Shown here: piece by piece, positions 1-10,432 of the stretch
Layout: every line of letters starts with the position of its first letter
Numbering within the stretch: position 1 is the stretch's first letter
Assembly (NCBI RefSeq): GCF_006345805.1
Contig: NC_043004.1
Location: 14,818,001 to 14,882,000 of the forward strand
Length of the DNA stretch: 64,000 nt
From: Octopus sinensis
Taxonomy: Eukaryota
Direction of reading: 5' to 3'
The notes under the pieces: model-generated
Databases searched by the model: none
The model's input: only the letters and a program-made list of their open reading frames with translations
What the model was told of the DNA's origin: nothing
Position numbers and translations under genes: made by a program

Positions 1-71
1 ACACGAATAACACAAGATGGAACAACATGCATAGTATATATACATGTGTATGCACTTATAACACGAACATA

Positions 72-137
<66 letters not shown>

Positions 138-339
138 CATGTATATATATACATGTATATATACATACGTATATATATATTATATATATATATATATATA
201 CACATATAAAATATATACATACATATATATATGTATATAGATATATAGAGATACATACAGACACGCATACATATATTTCTGTACATATATAGGAATGTAT
301 ATAGATATATATACGTGTTTGTGTGTATATATGTATACA

Positions 340-378
<39 letters not shown>

Positions 379-1343
379 TAGTCATAAGTATATACACATA
401 TAATATGAAATATATCAAACTAGGCGATATATTTACTCAAACTATAACACATAGAAACAAACATACATACATATGATATTTTATACGGATTTCTTTTTAA
501 TTTTACAACTACATATAATTCAGGATATACATATATATATTGCTGTAGAGAGGAATAAGTTGTATATAATATATATACGAATACGGATTACACAGAAATT
601 AATTACATATACGAAGTATATATATTATATACTCTAACAACCGTAGACATTATATACATACAAGAGGACGCATATAAATATAGTAATATAAGTATGTAAA
701 TATATATGCTCACACATACATAACTGATATGTATGCATATGTATGTATATATACACACATGTATGTATATACCTAAACACGCATTCACAAGTTTCTAAAC
801 ACATATTAAACGTGCAAATTTGTCTCACAACACCAGGACAAGGAAGATTCTTTGTAATGCATATACCACGTGATACTTGAATATTTACCCATGTTAAATT
901 TTGCATCTGAAAAAAAGGAAACAAAAAACTCAAAACCAAGTGATCCTTTCACTTAAGGGAAAAGTATTCCGTTTTGTTTCCAACGGGTTGCAATATACCA
1001 AGGAAGCACCGAGAGGAAGAGGAATTTGATTTCTACATATTCAACTATTGTGTGTCTTTGGTGCAGGTATACGATTTCTGGGCAATCAGTGGGATACACC
1101 ATTTTCTTAAGACACCACGGTTCAATCATTCCCTACGGCTGATATGCACATATATACGTTATATACACATATAGAGACAATACACACACAAACATATATT
1201 TATACCTCTAAGTATATACATATAATCATACATGCATAGATGCATATATATATTATGTATATTATCACTTTCTGTTCCTCTCTCCCTCTCTTTTACTATA
1301 TATATGTGTGTATATATATATAATTATGTATATATAAATATGC

Positions 1344-1386
<43 letters not shown>

Positions 1387-1393
1387 GTGTGTG

Positions 1394-1458
<65 letters not shown>

Positions 1459-2559
1459 TGTAAGTGTATATGGTGGTATGTATAATTTCCAAGTAAATCA
1501 TTCAACTGAATGATAGTGACAAATTGTAGAGAAAATCTCTTAATGTAATTATTTGTGTAAGAAATATATGCTTTACTTTAACATGATATTTTCTGACATA
1601 CATGGAATAAAATATAGTTATTGAGATATTAATAACGTAGAGGAATAATATAATATAATGCAATGCATTTTATGAAATTAAATATATGAAATATAATTGA
1701 TTTTTTTTTTTAGCAGTCATCCGATCCTTCTTTCTTTATTTCTCTCGATGTCCCTCATACACACACATTCTATCTTTCTGTTTCCCCTCCTTCTCCCTTC
1801 TCTGTTCATATTTTGTTCCCATCTCCATGAGTGAACAAACAGTTAAGTATGAGTTTTCTACATTCACTGCCTGAGGCCGGCATTAAATAGGTTACCATTT
1901 CAGTATTATTTTACGTTCGTCATTTATATACTCATAAAATCATTTTATAGGCAGCATTTCAATAGCTTTTGTTTCAACTTAATGGAAATAAGTTTTTATT
2001 ATATTTAAAGCAGGAGAGTTTGTCTCGTTTTTGAACACGCAAACATATGGGATGAGGCAATAACGTTGTTCATGTTTGCATACAAATATATCAATGGCAA
2101 GTATTCACTCGTCTTTTAGTAGTTTTCAAATTTGAACTTGTGGCGAAATCCATCACTTTAATTCTCACAAGTTTATTCTATTCAGGGTCTACGGCAAAAT
2201 GACAAACATTCTGTTAACGTACCTGCAATAGGAGAAATTCCGTCTGTATCTACACGCCACCTCTGTGTATTTTCAATAGCAATGTGGATCTGATCGACAG
2301 ATTACAAGTTTGCAACCATATAATTTGTAGTACAGAAGTCAGAAAAAATTACAAATTGTTAACCCGTATAGAAGAGGAATTTACAATGATATCGTCTATC
2401 AATGATGTGTTTATGGAAATAATTCTTAGGTTCAGTAGGAGGTTACTTGTTTTCACTTTCTCTACAGACTTTGACTGACACTAGCATTCAGAATGGAGCA
2501 AGAGAGTCCATTTGTTAATAAATTTGTTTGCTTTATATGGAATCATTATTATATTATCA

Positions 2560-2932
2560 TTCAGTAGTAGTATTTTTATCACGTGTTTTCACTACAAAAA
2601 CGCCAGGACTAACATATATATGTTAGTCCTGGTGTATTTGTTATGTATTTGTCTGAATATTTTTTTATCATAGTTAATGCGCCCATTATGATAGGAATTG
2701 TTTCTGTTTTTAGACTCCACATTCGAGTTACCTCTATCTCCAGGTCTTTGTATTTTGAAAGTTTCTCAATTTCTTTTAGAAAAACCTTGTCGTTTGTTGG
2801 TATTGATAATCAATTAGAAAGCATTTTTTCTTGGTGACCTCTGACAACTATATTTGGCTTATTGGCAATATTTTCTCTATCTGTGTGTATTGGCATATAC
2901 CATAGTATGGTTGCTTTCTCATTTTCCGTGAT
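2560..2932 (-). mobile_element. R4/Dong-clade non-LTR retrotransposon, degenerate 3' fragment (restriction-like endonuclease region plus 3' end)
   Basis: Minus strand reads ITENEKATILWYMPIHTDRENIANKPNIVV, then after a frameshift SIPTNDKVFLKEIEKLSKYKDLEIEVTRMWSLKTETIPIIMGAL. This is homologous to the C-terminus of ORF 36575..37669. The 5' junction lies in (TAA)n at 2933-2947. Confidence 0.85.
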
Positions 2933-2947
2933 ATTATTATTATTATT

Positions 2948-3552
2948 GAGTGAGAGAGCAGTGCATGCCATCAAAGTGACACTGGGATAAAATATACGAA
3001 GCCCAGTATACCCATCATGACTACCCGTCTGATAAGGGTACACCAGGCACATGCATCACAACCATATGAGCGCAACATGGTGATCTCATATAAAGATAAA
3101 CAGCGCATGACCTTGCAGGGGTCCAGTTGGAATTTTCTTCGTGTCGAGTAGCTCATTCCGCTCAAAAGGTCCCTGGATAAAGATTATTTAAGGATGTTGA
3201 TCGAAACACCCATGTTTCCAAAAGGTGAATTATCCAATCCTCTAAGAATTCCTTTCAATACACGGCTATGATGCTCTCCGACTATTTCTGCTCGTGATCA
3301 GAGATGCACAAATCATCAGCCATCAGACATGTTCAACTGGTTATGGTCAAACTATTGACAAGCAAATCTGTGGTCTGGAGTAGAATATTTACTGTAGCCC
3401 ATCTTTTATACCAAGACAAAATAATGCACATGATAACGCTTCCAATCAGTTAAGATCAGGAGCCATGAGAGCCACTGACTTAAGAGCCATGAGAGTCATT
3501 GTCTTAAAAGCCATGAGAGTCACTGTCTCAGGAGCCATGAGAGCCACTGTCT
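2948..3552 (-). mobile_element. Element X copy 1: ~550-bp non-coding interspersed element flanked by (TAA)n
   Basis: Homologous to 33152-33660 and 34856-35130. In all three the end GAG(T)GAGAGAGCAGTG on + follows a (TTA)n tract. Orientation is inferred from the neighbouring Dong elements. Confidence 0.8.
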
Positions 3553-3556
3553 TATT

Positions 3557-3587
<31 letters not shown>

Positions 3588-3739
3588 TTATTATTATTAT
3601 TATTAGTAGTAGTAGTAGTAGTAGTAGTAGTAAAAGTAGTAGTATTGGTAGTAGCCGTAGTAAAAGTAGTAGTAGTGGTAGTAGTAGTAGTAGTAGTAGT
3701 AGTAACAGCAGCAGCAGTAGTAGTAGTAGTAGTAGCAGC

Positions 3740-3770
<31 letters not shown>

Positions 3771-3785
3771 ATAGTAGTAGTAGAA
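3553..3785. repeat. Compound (TTA)n/(TAG)n/(CAG)n microsatellite
   Basis: Direct reading. Confidence 0.95.
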
Positions 3786-5052
3786 TAAAAATTATTTTAT
3801 TTTTTTTATTCTTATATGTTTCTGAAGTTGTGGCCATGCTGGGGCACGTCCTTAGTTTACATGGAAATAAATCTTAGGATTTTGTAGCTATATTTCGTTG
3901 AATAGACCGTTAAAATTTAACGAAAGGTCTTAAATAAGAAGTTTATTTATTGATCCAACGGGGGAAAATGTTCGGATTTCTATTTTGTACGATAATTATT
4001 TTTAGGGGTTTTTATTGAGTATTCTAATAGTAATTGGAGCTACTTAGAATTTTGCTGCCAATCCATTCCTACATCCAAAAGCATATGGCTATAGAATCAG
4101 AGCTTAAAGAAATGAAGATTAATAATTTATGGAATTTAAACTTAGAACTCAAGCAATGCTAAAAGCTAATAGTCCAACAATGTCTTATACGTCTTAACAT
4201 CACTGAAATTTCTTACAATTATGGTGGACAGCTAATTTGAGGTAATAATACTTATAAAAGAACAGTAATAAACGAGTGAAGAGCAAATACATAGTGCGTG
4301 TGTTTCTTTGGCAAAACAAAATAACCATCCCGAAATACAACAATATTTGTTGCAACACACGACTTCGCATCAGGGATCTTGCAACGTAAATTCATAAAGG
4401 TAAATGCTTATTCGTATTTACGTTTTCATATTTCACTAACGTTTATTTTCTTCAAATGACTTTGCATTTTTACTTTTGAAATCGTTAGTGAAGTTGATAA
4501 ATATTCCATTTCAAGCAATTTCATATTAATACAATATAAAATGTAAATACTTGGGAAATCAGTAACTTGGCGCTGAGATACTCGATTCCATGCGTATATC
4601 AAAGTGTTTTATTGTGAAATATCTACTTTCAGATGGCTTACTTTTTCAGCTAACAGCTGATAAGATATCTTTATCCTGTCTCGATAGTTGGTAGTTTCTC
4701 ATCCCATAAATAAGAGATTTGTTAAAGAAAATAGTGATAATCGAAAGCAGTAGCCAGAAAAGTATATTCGCAGAAATTTAATCGCATCTTTATTATTTAA
4801 ACCAATTAATTACTTGTAAGGTCTCGGAGCGTAAGTTAAGATCAACACACGTTCTCAGTAGGGGTAATATTCCATTAAGTTTCCTTTTGCTAATTTTACC
4901 TGCATCAAACTCTGTTATACAAGTGAGTCTAACTGAAAGATTACCATAATCAGATCTTTGTTCCCTACGGTTTATGCAGTGTATTAGCAAAATAACGCTC
5001 TAATCGATCTTCTAAGTTAATTTGCCTGATAATCCTACGTCCACGAAATTGA

Positions 5053-5262
5053 TAATATCAACGGAACAGCTTGCTCGTGAAATTAACGTGCAGGTGACTG
5101 AGCAATCCACAGACACGCGTATCCCTAACATAGATCTGGGGGAGATTCAGCGTGACACAAAGTACGACAAGGCCGGCACTTTGAAATACAGGTACATCCC
5201 ATTTTTGCCAGCTGAGTGGACTGGAGCAACGTGAAATAAAATGTCGCCAGCAATCGAACTCA
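5053..5262 (-). mobile_element. tRNA-derived SINE family C, partial
   Basis: Reverse complement of the body of 6746-7056 (ctcgtgaaattaacgtgcag...cagctgagtggactggagcaacgtgaaataaa). Confidence 0.8.
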
Positions 5263-5571
5263 CAGTTTGTTATTTCGAAATAAATTTACATTTATCTCGT
5301 TCCATTTAACAAACATCGTCAGAATGTTTTAGAGTTTATCGGAGGAATATAGATAGGAGAAAGAGGAAATTGAAAAGGAAAAAAGGGAAAAGTGTGTTCC
5401 ATTTTTGACTTCTTTTTCTTCTTCTTTTCATTTCCCTTTTTCATCTATCTATATTACTCTGATAATCTCTAAATCATTCTGATAATGTTTGTTAAATGGA
5501 ACGAGATAAATGCAAATTTATTTCGAAATAACAAACTGAAACAGCTGTAAATGTTCTTGAACAACAATAAA
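5263..5571. mobile_element. Long inverted repeat, probable Penelope-like pseudo-LTR fold-back with a hammerhead-like motif
   Basis: Arms of about 95-130 bp (5263 onwards versus up to 5538) are near-identical reverse complements. The right arm continues into GAAAC-AGCT-GTA-AATG and then AATAAA. Confidence 0.6.
5475..5553 (+). ncRNA. Degenerate type I hammerhead ribozyme-like motif
   Basis: Order on +: catt / CTGATAA (5479-5485) / stem II gtttgtta...taacaaac / GAAAC-AGCT-GTA / aatg. The inverted arm keeps the canonical CTGACGA at 5316-5322 on the minus strand. Confidence 0.45.
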
Positions 5572-6745
5572 ACTATGACCTTTTAATACCAATGATTAAC
5601 TTCTAATTGTTAACTGTTGCTCCATTTCTTTTCTTATCTGAATATATTAAACCACGGTGTACCATTTAAATTACCAACTCTGTTAACCTTATAGCAAGGA
5701 CTATACATAGTGAGGTAATACATCAGTAGTGCCTACGAATATATTTATTCCTTAGACGATTGCATAACCTCTAACTCATAATTTATATATATATGTGTGT
5801 GAATGTGCAATTATATACATGCACACACACCTATATATGTGTGCATATGTCTGCCTGTCTGCCTGTCTGCCTGTTTCTCTGTGTATATAAGTGTGTGTGT
5901 TATCTTTGTGCATGAATGTGTTAAAATAGGTGTTTGCGTAACCGTATTACTAGATATATTATCAAATTAAGACTATATATGTAACACTATTTCGAAAACG
6001 CTTTATATTTTGGCACAAACTATATTATTCAAGATATGTACCTCTCGGTCCTTACCTAGAAATGCATATGCGTGTGTGTATTTTTGTGTGAGTTTACATG
6101 TGAGTAAATGGAAAACAAAAGCCATATTTTTAGCAACGATATTAATAGTACAGTAATTCCACTTCACTATAAAGGTCGAATAACATATCTCGAATCAGAT
6201 ACATCTGATATACGACGCAAGTTACGTTCTGTTCGAAACACAAAGCAATGGAACCTGAAGATACGTAGAATATTAGAAAAACTTGGGATCATTTTCATTA
6301 AAATCAATAACCTATGGCCTCAAGCGTCAGCTACCGAACATAAAAGTATATGCGCTCTTTCAATGTGAACTGTATACATCAGTCACTGCACAAGAACTTC
6401 TGCCTCTCTGTTTTATTCTCTGATCATATTAATATATAGACAGACGTAAGGTGGCAGTTGTATAATTATGCGTATGAATATGCATGTATATATATATATA
6501 TATATATATCTATAACTAAAAATAAGGGTGCCTGAGAGACACCACCATGCCGAAATAGCAGTCAAAACCCTGACTCTAAGAACCACGTTAAATGTTCATG
6601 TCGCAACATGAGATAAGACAGAGGGACAAAATAGACTAGCCAAAAAATATTACTGAATAATTCAAGATCCTGGATTTCTAGCAATCCAGGATTTCTGTAT
6701 ATATGTATATATATATATATATATATATAGATATATATACAGAAA

Positions 6746-7056
6746 AGGCTCGTGGCTTAGGGCATTCGGCTCACGAGTGTATGTTCGTGAGTTCAATTCC
6801 CGGCGGCGCGTTTTGTCCTTGAGCAATACACTTTATTTAACGTTGATGCAGTTCACTCACCTGGAAAAAATTAGTAGTACCTGTATTTCAATGAGCGAGC
6901 CTTGTCACACTCTGTGTCACGCTGAATTTTCGCGAGAATTACGTTAATGATACACGTGTCTGTGGAGTGGTCAACCACTTGCAGGTTAATTTAGCGAGGA
7001 ACCTGTTCCGTTGATTGTATCAGCTGAGACCCTCGTTGTTGTAACCGACGGAGTGC
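6746..7056 (+). mobile_element. tRNA-derived SINE family C, near full length, within (TA)n
   Basis: A-box-like tggcttag, B-box-like gagttcaattccc, then ccttgagcaatacacttt. Homologous to the copies at 11120, 5053 and 53687. Confidence 0.85.
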
Positions 7057-7057
7057 T

Positions 7058-7128
<71 letters not shown>

Positions 7129-7408
7129 TGTATGTATATATATATATATGTATGTAAGTATACATGTGTGTGTGTATTTATGTATGTATGTATGTATGTA
7201 TTTATGAACATTCTAGCATTTTAACAAATCCGGTGAATTTTAGAAAACACGGTTATATTATTAATCATTTAGTCGATAATGCAAACATTTACTTTAGCAA
7301 TTGTTTTGAAAATATATTTTGGCCTCTCACTCACCCATGAAAACGTAATCCTCGCGCACTTTTGCGTACTATTGTGTACTCATTTTCGTACTAAGGACAT
7401 TACACTTA

Positions 7409-7775
7409 TACTCTTTTACACGTTTCAGTCAATTGACTGTGGCCATGTTGGAGCACCGCCTTTAGTGGATCAAATCGACCCCATGACTTATTCTTTGTAA
7501 ACCTAGTAGTTATTCTATCGGAATCTTTCGCCGAACCAGTAAGTTACGGCGACGTAAACACACCACCATCGGTTGTCAGGCGATGCTGGAGGAACAAACA
7601 CAGACATACGAACATACTCACACATACGTATATACGACGGGCTTCTTTCAGTTTCCGTCTATCAAATCCACTCACAGGGCTGTGGTCGGCCGGAGGCTAT
7701 AGAAGAAAACAATTGCCGAAGGTGCCACGCAGTGGGACTAAACCCGGAACCAGGTAGTTGGTAAGCAAGCTACTT
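7409..7775 (-). mobile_element. tRNA-derived SINE family A (CORE-like), interrupted in its head
   Basis: Homologous to the complete copies 41317-41733 and 46929-47297. Homology stops abruptly after gtaagcaagctactt (7761-7775). Confidence 0.9.
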
Positions 7776-8790
7776 TATTTCATAAAATTTGTCACATAGA
7801 CAGTACAAAGATTGTGTAGCTTTGCGGGCTGGACAAACACATAAATGAATGAAAATGAAATAAAATGAATAAATCAGAGACGAAACCCAACACCCGCCGA
7901 TTGGATTTTTTTCTGGAAAACATAAAAAATATTTTCTTTTTTAAAAAAATCATTATGAGGTTTCAAACCTCTTACAAGAAAGAGGCACTAAAACCTCTTA
8001 CTTAACATGTTTTTTTAAACACGCAATTGAGATTATAAACCACTACAAATAATAAAGTAAGATGAGGTTTCAAACCCTATAACGAGGCTTTTTCACCTCC
8101 TATTCATCGATATATCCATCGATATATTCATCATTATCTTCAATGCCGCTTGAGTTCCTGTATCCCGTCCATTTCCCATGTCTCAATCATGTAGGAAATG
8201 TAAGTCGTGTAAGGGCCACCCGGCCATGTGCAACACTCCTCCCCAAATCCTTTAAGCCTTTCCCACAAGAGAAACCTTATGACCTCCGCAGATAGCTGCG
8301 GAGGCCATTCGGGATCCCGTGTCAAGAGCATATCTACTGTCGCTTTATGTTTTTCTACTATTTTCCACCTCCCCGCCCTTGTAGAAAAAGATAATTAATT
8401 CATCAACTTTAAGGGTGGGGGTCGTTTCCTCCACCGTGGGTCTCACAACTTCGGGACATGCAGACAGCGCATCATCTCCCCACTGCGATGACCCATTCTT
8501 CTTCTTTCTTTTTTTTCTTTTCTTCCTGACTTCGGGAGAGTGGAGCTCTTCCGCTTTGTCTGGAGTCTCTACCCCACCTCCTGAAGCCTTAGGGTCCTTC
8601 GGCAGGCAACTATTGTTACCTGCCTTCTTCCTTTTTAATCCTTTTTGGGCTTAAGCCTCCTCAACCACATCCACCTCTCCCTTTGACCGGGTAGGGGAGG
8701 TGGCATCCAGTGACTGTTCCAGGACATTACCATGGTCCTGTTAGCAGTTCATTTTTATGTGGCCTGTCTGCAGACACGAGTGACACTTCT
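7776..8790 (-). mobile_element. ORF1-only Tx1/L1-type element (HAL1-like), 5' part missing
   Basis: A decayed ORF1 with a CCHC knuckle ends at TGA (8140). It is followed by a ~360-bp 3' UTR ending ...caaattttatgaaata, similar to the Tx1 tail at 9146. No RT or endonuclease sequence lies between them. Confidence 0.7.
8140..8790 (-). pseudogene. Decayed LINE ORF1 C-terminal half (gag-like zinc knuckle, basic KR-rich tract)
   Basis: Reads KKCHSCLQTGHIKMNC (CX2CX4HX4C, 8744-8785)...VRKKRKKRKKK...MLLTRDPEWPPQ...ELKRH*. It has two in-frame stops and one frameshift near 8385. Confidence 0.75.
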
Positions 8791-8938
8791 TCTAGTACTT
8801 ATTCTATCGGTCTGTTTTGCCGAACCGCTAAGTTACGGGGACGTAAACATACCAGCATCGGTTGTCAAGCGATGTTGGGCGACGAAGAAAGATACACAAA
8901 CATATACACCTACATTTATACATACATACATACATACA

Positions 8939-8970
<32 letters not shown>

Positions 8971-9596
8971 CATATATATACTTACATACATATATATTTA
9001 TATACGACGGGCTTCTTTCAGTTTCCGTCTACCAAATCCACTCACAAGGCTTTGGTCGGTCCGAGACTATAGTAGAAAACACTTGCCCAAGGTGCCACGC
9101 AGTGGGAATGAACCTGGAGCCATGCGGTTCGTAAGCAAGCTACTTTATTTCATGATATTTGCCATAAGGCAATACATAGAGGGGACGGACAAGGACAGAC
9201 AAACATAAAAGGGTGAAGTAGCTTTAAACGATTAAAAATTGACAATGATTATCATAGAGATGAGATTAAAAGTAAATACATTGCAAAAAGCAATGTTTAA
9301 CACGAGGGAAAGGCATCCTACACCAGAGCAGTACCTTTGCTTTCTTTCCGTGGCTCCGCTCACTTGGTGCCATTTATTCCCCACTTCCTCTCCACAAGCC
9401 TTCATCTTTTTCTGAATTTTTCACGTGACAGGTACCACTTCTCCAACCTGATCTTACTGCTGAGGTGGTAACTAAAAAAGTTGACCAACCGCTGGCCAGA
9501 TACGAAGGTACTCGTTACAATGCCTTCCAACCTCGTCTTCCATACTGTTTCTTACAAGGTAAGCAAGTTACTTACTAAACAGCCACTCCTGCGCCT
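8791..9596 (-). mobile_element. SINE family A copy split by a Tx1 insertion (body 8791-9145, head remainder 9559-9596)
   Basis: The body matches family A. The head resumes as gtaagcaagttacttactaaacagccactcctgcgcct after the insert. Confidence 0.9.
9146..9558 (-). mobile_element. Tx1-clade LINE, 5'-truncated (ORF2 C-terminus plus 3' UTR) with 15-bp TSD
   Basis: Minus strand reads ETVWKTRLEGIVTSTFVSGQRLVNFFSYHLSSKIRLEKWYLSREKFRKR*, which resembles L1/Tx1 ORF2 C-termini (W.TR...K.R.E...F..RW). TSD is gtaagcaagctactt (9131-9145) and gtaagcaagttactt (9559-9573). Confidence 0.75.
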
Positions 9597-10337
9597 GCAC
9601 ATAATTACTAAGGTTTAGGAAATGATAGATGTCACTGAGATGGCACGCTAACAATAGTGAAATTTCGCCGGTGGTTTTGGCGAATGGTTTAGTAAAAATA
9701 TATTGAAACAAATGTTAGTGGGATTTCCGACTCACTGGTTTGGATAAACATTGGCACCAAATGTAAAATAAAAGTTGAATTGAATAAAATGATTTCGTTG
9801 AAATTGATTTGAAGTTCATCCTCATTATTAGCACCATCTTAATCATCAGAATCAATAGCTGCGTCAGCATTATTTTGTTTAGTGGCACAACTACAGAAAC
9901 AATGTTGAAATATTAACTGTTATTCTAGTATTTAACTATACTCTTTCATCCCTATCTCCTCTCTTATTATCACTTTCTCTCACTCTCTGTCCCCTATCTT
10001 TCTCTAACTATTTTTGTATACACTTGTATGCATGTGTGTGTTTGTGTGCGCGTGCGTGTGTGTGTGTGGATGTGTGGTTGACTACACCGGAATATATACA
10101 TCAGATAAACGAATATATATAAATACACAATCGTATAATATATATATATATATACATATATATAATACACACACGCGCACACGCACACATATATATAGAG
10201 GCATACATATATATACAGACACACACACACATTTATATATGCACACATATATAGACATACACACACATATATATACACACATATATATATATACACATAC
10301 CCACACACATACACATAGATATCTACATGAATCAAAA

Positions 10338-10347
10338 GATAGATAGG

Positions 10348-10420
<73 letters not shown>

Positions 10421-10432
10421 TGATAGATCGAT
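10338..10432. repeat. (GATA)n tetranucleotide repeat
   Basis: Direct reading. Confidence 0.95.

Noticed and set aside
3461-3556. Short regularly spaced repeats, superficially CRISPR-like
   Set aside because: There are no unique spacers or cas genes and the context is eukaryotic; it is a 24-bp minisatellite.
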